A stretch of DNA of 63,775 nt, counting the filler, from Octopus bimaculoides (taxonomy: Eukaryota), in the NCBI RefSeq assembly GCF_001194135.2. It is 5 parts of 4 records of this genome, joined end to end, with 100 filler letters (N's around TTAATTAATTAA, not from the genome) between each part and the next. Parts side by side here need not be neighbours in the genome. Positions count along the whole stretch, not along the records: positions 21,170 to 42,705 come from NC_068986.1; 4 more parts are not named here. One strand, 5' to 3'. Below the pieces are notes generated by a model. The model ran no database searches and was not told where the DNA came from. It saw only the letters and a list, made by a program, of their open reading frames with translations. This document shows positions 24,601-36,866 of the stretch, piece after piece (the stretch's first letter is position 1; every line of letters starts with the position of its first letter). The position numbers and the translations under genes were made by a program.

Positions 24601-25120
24601 TAGTGGCTCTCGTGGCTTTCGATCATAACTGATTGGAAGTGTTATCATGTACATTGTTTTGTCTTGGTATAAAAGACGGGCTACAGCAAATATTTTGCTC
24701 AATACCACAAATTTGCTTGTCAGTTGTTTGACCATAACCAGTTGAGCATGTTCCTTAGTGGCTGACGATATGTGCATCTCTGATCACGAGCAGAAGTAGT
24801 GGGGGTGCAGTACAGCCATGTGTTGAGAGGAATTCTTTGGGGTTTGAATAATTTACCCGTGGAAACAGGTGTTTCGTTTATCATCCCTAAACAAACCTTT
24901 TTCAGGGACCTTTTGATCAGGATGGGCTACTCGACCTGAAGAAAATTCTAACTGTTTATCTTGATATAAGATCACCATATTTTGCACATATGGTTGTGAT
25001 GCATGTGCCTGGTGTACCCTTATCAGACAGGTAGTCATGATGGGTATATTGGGCTTTGAATATTTTACCCCAGGGTCACTTTGATGGCATACACTGCTCT
25101 CTCACTCAATAATAATAATA
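24601..25120 (+). repeat. (AAT)n-flanked retroposon 3' segment, same family as 9379-9603
   Basis: Shared terminal about 170 bp; (AAT)n on both flanks. Confidence 0.75.
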
Positions 25121-25380
25121 ATGATGATCATCAATATCATCATCATCATCATCACCATCATTTAATGTCCACTTTCCATGCTTATATGGGTTGGATGTTG
25201 GAGTTTATTTGAGGCAGATTTTCTATGGTCGGATGCTCTTCTTGTCAACAACAATCACCTGATTCCAAGTGAGGTAATATTTCTTCATAGCCAGGCATGT
25301 TCTTGCAGAATATTGGAAATGAATGACATTGCTTTTAAGACAGTGACACTCGTTTACATCTATGACATGATGTCAAAACA

Positions 25381-25568
25381 CACACACACACACATAAATA
25401 TATGATGGGCTTCTTTCAGTTTCTGTCTACCAAATCCATTCACAAGGCTTTGGTTGGCCCATGGTTAGAGTAGAAGACACTTGCCCAAGGCACCATGCAG
25501 TAGTACTGAACTCAGAACCATATGGTTGGGAAATAAACTTCTTACCGTACAACCATGCCTGTGCCTAT
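25381..25568 (-). mobile_element. SINE family A head, CpG-decayed
   Basis: CTTCTTTCAGTTTCTGTCTACCAAATCCA...AGAAGACACTTGCCCAAGG... is the reverse complement of the family A head. Confidence 0.8.
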
Positions 25569-28500
25569 AATGAAAAAATATGCTAACAGATAGAAGAGCA
25601 TGTTATAGTATTGGAATCTAAAGTAGGGATGAACACAGTAAGTGGAGCAATTCAACAAGGAAGAGCATTTTTCATCATTGCTGTCTTTATAACACAGTAT
25701 CATCACCATCATTACCACCACCATCATCAGTCAATAACGAAACTAAATATATAGTGACATCATTAACTGAGGGTGTATGTGACCAAAACATTTTTCTAAT
25801 TTTGTGAATTAAAATTAATTTTTAATTAATAGAAAATATTTAATTTGAATTTCGTTTTTGAATTTGGTTTGCAAGACTCTCCCAAGACACAAGCAAAATT
25901 TAATTTAAAGGAATACAATATATAGATTAATTTTTAATTCAAAAGAATAATACACACACACTTGTATGTATGTATTTATGTATGAATGTATGTATGTATG
26001 TATGTGTGTGTGTGTGTGTGTGTATGAGTTTGTGTTCCTGTGTAGATGTTGATGTGTTGGTGAGTGTATATTTGTGAGTGTAAATTATCTCTTTTATGTT
26101 TACAACATGGCGACTAGATTTCTTTCTTTTATCATAGTGCAACATTAAAAAAAAAGATACAAAACAATAGCCACAAGCTTATAAAAAACTAATAGAATTC
26201 ATACTCACTCTAACAATTTGAAAACCATTTTTTTCTTTTTCTGCATGATTGTAAATGATTCAAAGTTATCTATGTTGAAAAAATAAGGAACAGACCATCA
26301 ATTATTTTCCAGTTGTCTTAGTACAATGTTTTATGCCATTTATGTAAGCTCTGTCATATTTAGATCTTAACTTTGATCAAACATGATGGCTAATGATTCG
26401 TAAAGAAAAAAGTATTATCATAAAATAAGTCATTTTTTTTTCTGTGCATTTTGTTTACATAAATAGAGACACCTGAAGTTTGGATTGAAAACTTTATTTT
26501 GGGAGAAGAAAGATTAAAATTTTTTTTTTATTTTAGAATAGATATGCTCACTGAAGAGGAAAAGAGCCAATTTTATCTTGTTGAGAAGCACTATATTTCC
26601 TAGAATTTCTTAAAGAGAAGACTATTAGAAGATATGAAAAATGTTCCTTTATGGAAGTGACAGCTAAACAATAGCAATATTGAACTCTGTGCTGTAATAA
26701 CTAAGAAAAAAATACAGAAGACAAGAAAAATACAGAAACTAAGTATTCTATTAGAAAATAAAACTGGAAGCTGTTGTCATCTGAAAAGCCTATTCTGATT
26801 ATATGTCTGTAATCATAATAGATCTTTTAATAGGGTGATAGATGAGTTATTACTAGTATAGTGTACATTAATTAGACCAGTAATCTCATCTTTTGTTTCT
26901 ATCAACATTGCTGATTGAACAGTAGTTTTTCCAATCATTCTCAGATGGCATATTTCAATGCTGTCATTCATTACATAAGAATCTGAGAGTCAAATTCGCA
27001 TTGATAAATACAATACACATAACACACACACACACTTAGAATTCTATTTGTTTCTTTGTTATTCTTGTTTAGCTCCAGATCTGCCTTGATTGAGCAGGCC
27101 TACGATCAATAGCATTCAACTCATGAACATCTCGTCTTTCTTCAGGCATTGTAAAGCCTAGACTACATTTTCCAATCTTTGAGGCACAGACATGGCTGTG
27201 TGGTAAGAAGTTTGGTTCTGGGTTCAATAACACTGCATGACACCTCGGGCAAATGCCTTCTACTGCAGCCCTGGGCTGATCAAATCAAAGCCTTGCAAGT
27301 GTATTTTGTAGATGGCAGCTGAAAGAAGCTCATCATATATATATATATATATATATTATTTATATTATTATATGATTGAATGCCACTCATCCTTTCCCAA
27401 GTAAGTTTTATCTTAATAATTAAAATGCATACTCTGCTATTATTTCTATCACTTCCCTGTCTATCTCTCTCCCTCTCTTCTTCATCCTTTCTGTTTTTCT
27501 CTCCCACCCTTTCCCTATTCTTCTTTTCTTTTCACCGTTCCCTCTCTCTCTCTCTCTCACTCTTCCTCCTTGACCCTCTCGTCGCTGACATGTGACGAAA
27601 GGGGATCTTTATTTCTGCTCACTGCCTTCTTATAGAAAAGACGTGTTTTTTCTGTCTCTTCTCTTAAGCATTCATAATAATTTTTCTATCGTCTTGGCTT
27701 AACAGCCCTCACTGTTTTTTTTACTGTCTTGTTCTCACTGTCCTGTTCTTGTTTACACTTTCACCCTCCACAAAAAATTCCAAATTTTATTTAATTTGCT
27801 TTGCGGGAAGGACTGTTCCAACGAAGTCGCGTATTGTCCTTGCCTTCGAAACGCGGAGTAGGTGGAACAGGGACAACTGACGAAGGGTTATACTCTTTAT
27901 GTTGCATGTCTCATTTGTTTGTTTGTTTTTTTTGTTGTTCGAAAAAAGTTTGTTTTCTGTTTTCGTTTCTCATTGTGTTTAGCGTTTTTTCGAGATGTCT
28001 TGTACCCATATATGCATGTATGTATACATATAGATGTAGGTATGTACATATATGTATGGATATATGCATATGTCTATATATTATTTATATTATTATTATA
28101 TACATACACACTATATATCATCTTCATCATTTAACATTAGTCTTCCATGCTGGCATACGTATATGTATGTATGTGCTGGTGTGTGCCTTCTCTAGGCATT
28201 TCATGAAGATTGTAAAAGAACATCATTGTCATACAAGCTAGGGTGTTCATTTCCAGTCTTCAGAGAGAAACATATCTGGCCATAGGGAAATATTACTGTG
28301 CTTGGAAACTATTGGTAACAGGAAGGGCATTTAGCCATAGAAAATCTGAGTAGCCCGTCGTTCCCTAGTGAAAGGAGCAGTCTGCAAGAGTCCTGTGCCC
28401 TTGCCACTTAAAAAGCACTTGTGCTTGTTGTACATAAAAGTGCCCAGCATACTCTGTAAAGCGGGCATCCAGCTGTAGAAACCATATAGAACATAAATTC

Positions 28501-29053
28501 ACCAAGATTTTCTGAAAATTCCGAAAAATAAAAAAGTTAGAGGTTATATGAGGTGCTTAAACCAGAATTCTGCCAAAAATAAAATACTGATAGATTGTTG
28601 ATAATAATACTGCACTCTTATCTAGAATAGTGTTACTATATACATGCAGACGTCTGAGACCGAATCCACCTAAAAAAAAAAAAAAAGTCAACTGACTGAT
28701 TAATATTTACTCGCCCTCTACCACTCTGACCCAGAGACATTTTGTCTCCTCACTCCCTTTTCTATTGCTATTCAAAGTGGTTTATGCTCCTTACAACCAT
28801 CTGATCTTGTACCAGCTAGTTCTATACAGGCCCTTCAGTCTCACCTTCTCTCCTTATCCATAATGTGCTCTGTCCTAATCACATTGTCCATTCTTTCTCT
28901 CACAGAACATTTGTTTTCTGGAATTCTTTTCCTGTATGTGTTAATGATACTATTTAGCACCCAGATCAGCAATGATCGAGTCGATCAATGATCAGAGATA
29001 CTCTATGATCAGCTCTCAAAGAGTGTACCTGAGGTTACATTTATCTAATGTAT

Positions 29054-29768
29054 GGATCTTTCTGATTTGGCGCACACCATTTGTTTTCTAACGAAACACT
29101 TTCAAACTTGGGACACTGGTAGAATGTGTCATAATATAAAACATCTTTTACTCTTAGTGTTGTTGAGAAAAGTTTATATTTTTAAAGTTATTTCGTGTTA
29201 AAATTGTCGTATTTCGGTAATTTCAACCAATCACTGACGTCTATTGAGGTGAAAACAATTACTGCTGTGGATTGTCAACAACACGTTGTGGCGGTGTAAT
29301 GGGATCTTTTCCCTTGAATAAAATTAGGGTTTTAGCGTTATGAGTATTTTTGCCAAATTTGGTGATAATCTGTTCAATACACAGTCACAAATTTTTCACC
29401 AAATTTGGCAAGAATACTCATAACCCTAACCCTAAAACCAGTACAAACGCACGCACGATGTCATAAATAACAGTACCGCCGATAGTTGTTGTTGACAAAC
29501 AACGGCACTAATTTTATCCAAGGGAAAAGATCCCATTACACCGCCACAACGTGTTGTTGACAATCCACAGCAGTAATTGTTTTCACCTTAATAGACGTCA
29601 GTGATTGGTTGAAATTACCGAAATACGACAACTTTTAACATGAAATAACTTCGAATATAAAATGTTTTCTCTGTTCTATAAGACAAAATATACAAGTATA
29701 CGAAGTTTTAAAGTGTTTCGGCAGAAAACACTAAATAAAAAATGGTGTCCGCCAAATCAGAAAGATCC
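29054..29768. mobile_element. 715-bp palindromic MITE with a nested hairpin and an apparent 8-bp TSD
   Basis: Ends GGATCTTTCTGATTTGGCG.ACACCATTT and its reverse complement. Arms near 29180-29326 and 29508-29650 pair almost perfectly; inner hairpin at 29338-29425. Flanks TAATGTAT (29046-29053) and TAATGTGT (29769-29776). Contains TTAGGG/CCCTAA motifs. Confidence 0.85.
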
Positions 29769-30729
29769 TAATGTGTTCCTATATATATTTTTAAGACAGC
29801 AGCATATGGTATGTGATTTGACTGCTATTTCTAGCAGGTCACGTGACCACATAAAGGCTCATCTGTGCCCAAGTATTTCAAGCAATCATCAAGTTGCAGC
29901 TGTTTGGAGGAACGTCAATTAATCCGTTCCAAAACATTTTCTTTTAAAGAAAGAAAGCCCGCTGGAAAAAAAAAAAGTAGTTTTTTTTAGATGATCTGAG
30001 GAGCCAAAAGCAGTGGTAAACAAACTCCAGGTGGGCTTGGTTGGTGACCGCAATTTTTCACAATCTCATATCTGTTTTCTCATAATTCCGAAACTGCATG
30101 CCAATGGAAGAAACTGACATTTCTTGCAAGTGAGTTGGCAGGAATAGTTAAGTAGCAGAATTTAAAAAAAAAAAAATGCATCGATATTTCTGATTTTAAA
30201 TGTCAGCGATGTTCGCTTTTGTCATCGTTTCTGGATCATAAAACAGTTTAACAGTATAGTATTCGGTTAAATTCCCAGGGTTTTAAGGAGCGTGGAATCA
30301 CTTATTCGCCAATATATTTTCCAGGACCACACTGATCCCGAGAAGTAACGCTTGTCAAGGCTCCATCTTTCGGTTAAAAGCATGTAACCACCCAAGCCAG
30401 TGTAGGGGGAATGCAATGTGGTGGAAGTGAACTATTTCGGCAGATGAACTTATTGAATTAACGGCGAATGTCATTTGATGTTAAGCGGATGAACGGAAAA
30501 CAGACTATTAACGAACCACTGTTTTCATCTGCAGTCGTGGCGTGCACGGATGAAATATTTCAGTTAGCGAAAGAGAAATGTGACTAAAACCCAGGTCAGA
30601 CATTCGTGCCTCATCGCTGGATGTCTGTTATGAAAGAGTTACATTTATTCGAGCAAGTCGCCCGACCTGGATGGATACACACAGCAGCTTCCACTGAAAA
30701 CAGACAATTAATTCTTTCAAACATATGAG

Positions 30730-30860
30730 TGATGACCAATTACTAAAGGGCGATAATTCAAAAGTTTATTCAACAAAGTTTGTTACGAGGTGGCGCTGTC
30801 AACCGTACAAAAGCACCAATCAGATATTTAAATGTTGTTGAGGCGTCAGATTTGAATGTT
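30730..30860 (+). promoter_or_regulatory. Putative KIF18A core promoter: CCAAT boxes, E2F-like GGCGC, CDE/CHR
   Basis: CCAAT at 30736-30740 and 30816-30820; GTGGCGC near 30790; TTTAAA at 30827-30832; GGCGT-CAGA-TTTGAA at 30842-30856 (CDE, 4-nt spacer, CHR geometry). Lies in a locally CpG-rich stretch about 3 kb upstream of the first coding exon. Confidence 0.55.
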
Positions 30861-30887
30861 TTCCAGTTTATCATGATTTATTAAATG
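30857..30887 (+). other. Putative 3' part of a non-coding exon 1 of KIF18A (true start unknown)
   Basis: Consensus donor ATG|GTGAGT at 30887/30888 directly after the promoter motifs. The first coding exon begins at a splice acceptor (33925), so an upstream exon is required. Confidence 0.45.
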
Positions 30888-31635
30888 GTGAGTTTACCTT
30901 ATTTAACTTTATAATGTTATCGAACCTATTTACAAAATCAGAATAAATTTTCATGAAATAGTATCTTCATTTCATATTGTAATCCGATAACTTATTTTCT
31001 TTGTTGCTGATTCTTTTGTAGTCATGTAATTAAAAAAAAAAAAACGATGAATGGCAAGCCGTCGATGACTTGAATTATTTCGCTATAAGTACTTTTTGTT
31101 CTTATTAATTAAACATTTAATGTTTACTACGTTCAGAATATTCGTTCTCTATTCGAATAAATTATTCTCTATCCCTACACTATTCTTAAATAATACTCGA
31201 TTGTTTGAATTAATGATCATGTTATATTTGAAAACATTTTACTAAAGTTATCAAGTATTGTTTCATAATCGTTTTTTTTTGTCAATTATTCTTTTCAAAT
31301 ATTTTGAATATTTCAAATTTATTTATTGATGTCTACCTGTTAAGGTCAAGTCAACCTGTATTTCTCGTCTAATATTGAACTATGGAAATTTTAGCAACAG
31401 TTTTTTTAAAGATTTGACTTCGTTATTTTGAACATTTTAATTGACATTTTCATGTATCTAAGAATATATTATGAACTTCCATATAAAGTACACTCTAAAC
31501 CTATATTTACGTTGCTTTTCGAAACTATCCAATCGTGTAACTGTTAAAGTTCGGTCTATTTGTATAAATGTCAAAGTAAATTCAGGTCGTATGGAAATTA
31601 TTCTTGGTATCAGACATGGAATATCAAAATAAACG

Positions 31636-31674
<39 letters not shown>

Positions 31675-31750
31675 CGAATACTCGCCGAGCACTTATTAGC
31701 CTAATTCTTATGGGAGATAAGCTACATTTTGTCTCATAAGTAATTATTTC

Positions 31751-31938
31751 GGTAAATTTTCAGATTAACACCATCACGATTTTCACTAGGGTGTTAGGTT
31801 TAGGGTTACGGTTAGGGACGGAATTCTCTAACCCTGACTCTAACACCGTAACCCTAACCCTAACTCTAACCCTGACCCTAAACCCCTAACCCTAACACCC
31901 TAGTGAAAATCGTGCGGGTGTTAATCTGAAAATTTACC
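31751..31938. mobile_element. Palindromic MITE with head-to-head telomere-like repeats
   Basis: GGTAAATTTTCAGATTAACACC...CACGATTTTCACTAGGGTGTTAGG, then degenerate (TTAGGG)n, then degenerate (CCCTAA)n, then the reverse-complement arm ending AAATTTACC. Confidence 0.85.
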
Positions 31939-31955
31939 ATTTTTTTCTTTATTTT

Positions 31956-32274
31956 GGTAGAGACGGACTATATGTAATCTGAACCTTCCCCCCCCCTTAT
32001 TTATTAATTTTTTTACGGAATCCTACGTTTTNNNNNNNNNNATGCTAGAAATAACAGCCAAATCTCACAAAACTAGTGTTAGGGTTAGGGTTTGGTTTAC
32101 CCTGTGGATCTATATAAAAACCGGGGGTGGGGGGAATCGAAATTTTGAAATTGAGATTTTTGAAAAAATTTTTTTCAGAATCGGAATCTCCATAGCCTAA
32201 AACGTGGGATTCCGTAAAAAAAAAAAAAAAAAAAAGTGGGGAAAGGTTCAGATTACATATAGTCCATCTGGACC
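31956..32274. mobile_element. MITE with about 70-bp inverted arms, spanning a 10-N gap
   Basis: GGT..AGA.GGACTATATGTAATCTGAACCTT.CCCC...TTTTACGGAATCC.ACGTTTT and its reverse complement at 32197-32274; internal TTAGGGTTAGGG. Confidence 0.75.
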
Positions 32275-33305
32275 AAAAAAGTTTATCCTTATTCCAAATT
32301 GGTGCAAGTCATGTAGTTCTTGGGAAGGGAAGGGAAGATTGGGAAAAGTGTTTAGTGTGGGTTCTAGGAGTTGAGATACTAAGAATTTGCTCCATTCTCA
32401 CCTTAAATTTAAGGCTTCTTAATTTGCACCACCCAATCACAATCAACAAGCGTTTAATTTATAGACAACAATAGGCGAATTCATTACTATGGTACACAAC
32501 ATTTGTAGATGTAAAATTAGCTAGATAATCTGCTTGATGTTGCACATACTCTTCTGGTACTTTTTTCTTAGAGCTTATATAATTTGCATATAAATATCTT
32601 TCAGTGTACGTGTTCTTTAGTATGTCGTCTTCAGCATGTCTAGTCAGTAAGCTTTGAACATGTTTGGATCATGTCATTTATTTTAACTATTTTCGAAATA
32701 TTTGAAGCTTTTCTGTCAAGGGAGCCTTTACACATTCATTCACCTTGATAGAGATAGCAGACAAAATTCAAAAAACTAGAAAGAGAAGGAAATGTTGATT
32801 AATGTAGCCCTAGCTACACTGAAAAGTTAGATGAGATGGTTACAGTTGAACCCCTTTGATCATGGGTCTAATGGATTAGAGCTGATTTGGGAGAGAACTT
32901 TGTGAAGAATCCTCCAAACACTATGTAATCCCACCACACATTTTGATGTACCAGTGTATAAATCATTGTGAACAGCCGAAAGAAATTTGGTTGTGCTACA
33001 AATAGTGTTGATAGATTTTTGTTGATTTCAACTTTCTAGAAGCATTGAACAGTAATTGATGATGCATTTGGTTTTTGCCATTTCAAATATCCGAGAAAAC
33101 GTTAAAAAAAAAAAACAGGTGTTAATTTTTGTTACCATCAATTGTCTTGGTCCCTCTCTTGTTGTAAATGACAGATGAGGGTTCCACAGTTTCTTGCTGA
33201 ACACCCTGCATAGATGATTCATTTTTATAGTGATCAAAGGTTTGCGCTATACATTACCTTCCTCTCTCAAATTGACATGGCCTGTACGATTAAAAGTGCA
33301 ACATA

Positions 33306-33686
33306 GGCGCAGGAGTGGCTGTGTGGTAAGTAACTTGCTTACCAACCACATGGTTCCGGGTTCAGTCCCACTGCGTGGCACCTTGGGCAAGTGTCTTCTA
33401 CTATAGCCTCAGGCCGACCAAAGCCTTGTGAGTGGATTTGGTAGACGGAAACTGAAAGAAGCCTGTCGTATATATATATATGTATGTGTGTCTGTGTTTG
33501 TCCCCCTAGCATTGCTTGACAACCGATGCTGGTTTGTTTACGTCCCCATAACTTAGCGGTTCGGCAAGAAGAGACCGATAGAATAAGTACTAGGCTTACA
33601 AAGAATAAGTCATGGGGTCGATTCTCTCGACTAAAGGCAGTGCTCCAGCATGGCCGCAGTCAAAATGACTGAAACAAGTAAAAGAG
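33306..33686 (+). mobile_element. Full bipartite SINE family A copy in the putative KIF18A intron 1
   Basis: GGCGCAGGAGTGGCTGTGTGGTAAG head, GGGTTCAGTCCC B-box-like, CCTTGGGCAAGTGTCTT central motif, (TA/TG)n, 3' module ending GAAACAAGTAAAAGAG. Confidence 0.9.
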
Positions 33687-33975
33687 TATGAAATGAAGTG
33701 TTTTGCTCAAGAACACAATGCACTTCCTTGTCTAGAAATCAAAATAATGATCTCACAATCATGAGGGCAACTCCCTAACTACTAGGCCATGTGCATTCTA
33801 GTATCTATGGGATGATAAAATAATGAAAGGAAATTTGTATTGCCGTGTAAATTATAAATATCTCATTAATGTGTTATTCTTCATTATTTTTCTATGTTAA
33901 TATTTACATTTTACTTTTCTTTAGATTCTTGACACACATTAGCTAGAAAGTAAATCTCAGAACAAGCCACTGAAT

Positions 33976-34291
33976 ATGACGAATAATACAGGGGTAAAAG
34001 TAGTTGTTCGTGTTCGACCATTATCTTCAAAAGAAAATCAGGATTCAATTAGGACTGTGGTCGAGCCCATAAATGACCATATCCTGGTATTTGATCCTGC
34101 CGATGACAGATGTGAAATAAATGGTATGTCAACTTCGAAATTTGTGCGAGGAGATATTACAAGACGACGGAACAAAAACTTAAGTTTTGCATTTGATCAT
34201 GTGTTTGGTCCAGAGAGTTTGAATGTTGAAATATACGAACACACAAGTAAAGTAATACTTGATGGATTACTTAATGGTTACAATTGTTCAG
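33976..34291 (+). CDS. KIF18A: Kinesin-8 (KIF18A-like) first coding exon, motor-domain N-terminus; the exon starts at acceptor 33925 and has 51 nt of 5' UTR
   Basis: Translates MTNNTGVKVVVRVRP...ILVFDP...RRRNKNLSFAFDHVFG...YEHTSKVILDGLLNGYNCS. The VVVRVRP strand, ILVFDP and an extended basic loop 2 are typical of KIF18. Acceptor TTTTACTTTTCTTTAG ends at 33924; donor G|GTAAGT at 34291/34292. 316 nt, ends phase 1. Confidence 0.93.
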
Positions 34292-34351
34292 GTAAGTTGG
34301 TTTCTTTTTCTGTTTTCTCAAAGGTGAGAATAAGCTGTTAAAGTTATTGGA

Positions 34352-34700
34352 CATCGTCATCATTTAATGTCTGTTTTCCATGCTGGCATGAGTTGGATGG
34401 TCTGATCAGAGCTGGTGAGCTGCTACTAGGTGTGGTTTTTACAGCTGGATGCCCTTCCTAATACCAACCACTTAACAGTGTGAGTTGGGTGCTTTTAATG
34501 TAGCACTGGCACGAGTGCTTTCACATGGCACCTGCATGTGTAATTTTTATGTGGCATTGGCTCAGGGTTTCTGCAGTGGCCTTAACACCAGTGGGAGAGG
34601 CCTTAACATTTCCGCTGTGGAGTACGGATTTTCTTGAGTACAGCAAAGTACCAGGCATCTTGGTCCTTTGTCATCTTGTCTGAAAGGTTCAGCATTGATT
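34352..34700 (-). mobile_element. 3' tail of an RTE-X-related element in inverted orientation
   Basis: Reverse complement of the GGAAGGGCATCCAGC...CCAAC.CATGCCA.CATGGAAA...TTAAATGATGA tail seen at 36270-36375. Confidence 0.75.
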
Positions 34701-35051
34701 TATTTGACTTTGCATCAGTCTCAACAAAAATATTTAAAAGAATAAAAATTAAAAAACACCTAAAAGTCAATACTGGAGTAGAAAAACTAACCAAATACCT
34801 GTGAAGATATGTTCAAACCAGTTATTAAAACTGATATGAACTGATGAATCTTTAAAAATGTTGTTTTATGTTATGCTGTTTTTTCTTTAATTAAGTTGCA
34901 TGTCTTGGGACCAATTGCCAAGATAAGTTGAAGTATGCCTGGTTTTATATATCTACATTATATATATATATATATATACACACGCACACACACACACACA
35001 CACATATATTATCTATCTATTTATATATATATATATATACACACACACATA

Positions 35052-35082
<31 letters not shown>

Positions 35083-36375
35083 TGGAGCTCCTCTATGCTG
35101 ATGAACTTGCTCTAATTGCTGAGTCACTATCAGAACTAGAGGAAAAGTTTAAGGTGTGGAAGCAGGGACTAGAATTGAAGGGCCTTAGAGTCAACCAAGC
35201 TAAAACCAAAGCCTTAATAAGTTGAAAGTCAGACAAGCCACAAATCCCTTCAGGTAGATGGCCCTGCTCAATCTGTAGAAAAGGTGTAGGTAGAAACTCC
35301 ATAAGATGTACCCAGTGTAACCTATGGACACATAAGAGGTGCAGCAATATCAAAGGAAGGCTAACTAGGAAGATAGTTTTTGTATGTGGCAAAAGCTCAG
35401 GAGCAATAAACACTGAAAATGTGCAGAGAACAGCTTCTGTCACATTCCAGGGAGAAAAACTACAAGTAGTTGATAGCTTCCGTTACCTAGGTGACCAGGT
35501 CAGTAGCGGGTGTGGATGCTATGAAAGTGTAGCTGCTAGAATAAGAATTGCCTGGGCATAGTTCAGAGAGCCCCAACCTTTGCTGGTGACAAAGGGCTTC
35601 TCGCTCAGAGTAAAAGGTAGACTGTATGACTCATGTATGAATAGCCATGCTACATGGTAGTGAAACATGGGCCGTGATTGCTGAGGGCATGTGTAAACTT
35701 GCAAGGAATGAAGCCAGTATGCTCCACTGAATGTGTAATGTCAGTGTCCATACACGACAGACTTAAGAAGCATCATATGTGGTGTGCAAGAGAGACGACT
35801 GCACTGGTATGGTCATGTGTTGCGAATAGATGAGGACAGCTGTGTGAAAAAATGTCGCACCCTAGCAGTTGAGGGAATCTATGGAAGAGATAGACCCAGG
35901 AAGACATGGGATGAGGTGATGAAGCACGACTTTTGAACATTGGGCCTCACCGAGGCAATAACTACTGACCGAAACCTTTGGAAATATGTTGTGCTTGAGA
36001 AGAACCGACAAGCCAAGTGAGGCCATAACCTGTGCCCTATGCAATTGGTGTATAGCCAGCTCACCTATGAGTATCCTTCATTCATTGGACAATAAACTTT
36101 GCTTGCAAAGACCTGTTGAGGCAAGTGAAATCAAAATCGCTGATGTGGCCAATGACAGTACCGCCTGGTTGGCACTTGTGCCAAGCACCATCTGAGCGTA
36201 ACCGTTGCCAGGGCCACTGACTGGATCCTGTGACGGTGGCATGTAAAAAGCACCCACTACACTCTCAGAGTGGTTGGTGTTAGGAAGGGCATCCAGCTTT
36301 AGAAATATTGTCAGCCCTCAGTCAAACTGTCCAACCCATGCCACCATGGAAAGAGGATGTTAAATGATGATGATA
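35083..36375 (+). mobile_element. 5'-truncated RTE-X-type LINE (RT C-terminus, Cys-rich insert, 3' UTR, (GAT)n tail), decayed
   Basis: ELLYADELALIAES...W.QGLELKGLRVN.AKTK; WPCSICRKGVGRNSIRCTQCNLWTHKRCS; FRYLGDQ; ARIRIAW; RRLHWYGHVLR; RPRKTWDEV. Several stops and frameshifts. Confidence 0.9.
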
Positions 36376-36407
36376 TATATACATATACACATATAATTAG
36401 GTTTATG

Positions 36408-36467
<60 letters not shown>

Positions 36468-36866
36468 CATAGGTGTGAATGTATATCTGATTAGTATTAG
36501 TATAGGTGCATATGTGGGTCTGTACATATATTTGTATGTATGCTTGCTGGAGTGTGAGTATAGACAGGTACAGATAAGAATACCGTATCACTTTTTGTCT
36601 ACCTATGATATGTTACTCCATACTCCTATTAGGAATACTCTACATAAACTTAGCTTATACACTAGGGCTAAGAACCCCTCTATTAAAGCATTTGCACATG
36701 TTTTATAGTATGTTATTTTTCTACTGCTAGTTTAGGAAAAAAAAAAAGCACCTAATCTGCTGACATAACAGACAGCTAAAAAGACCTATTTATTTAGAAA
36801 TGGCACTCTCTAGTCATTTCTTGGTCTAATTAAGTAATTTTTTTTTTTAGAACTACTTTCCAAATA

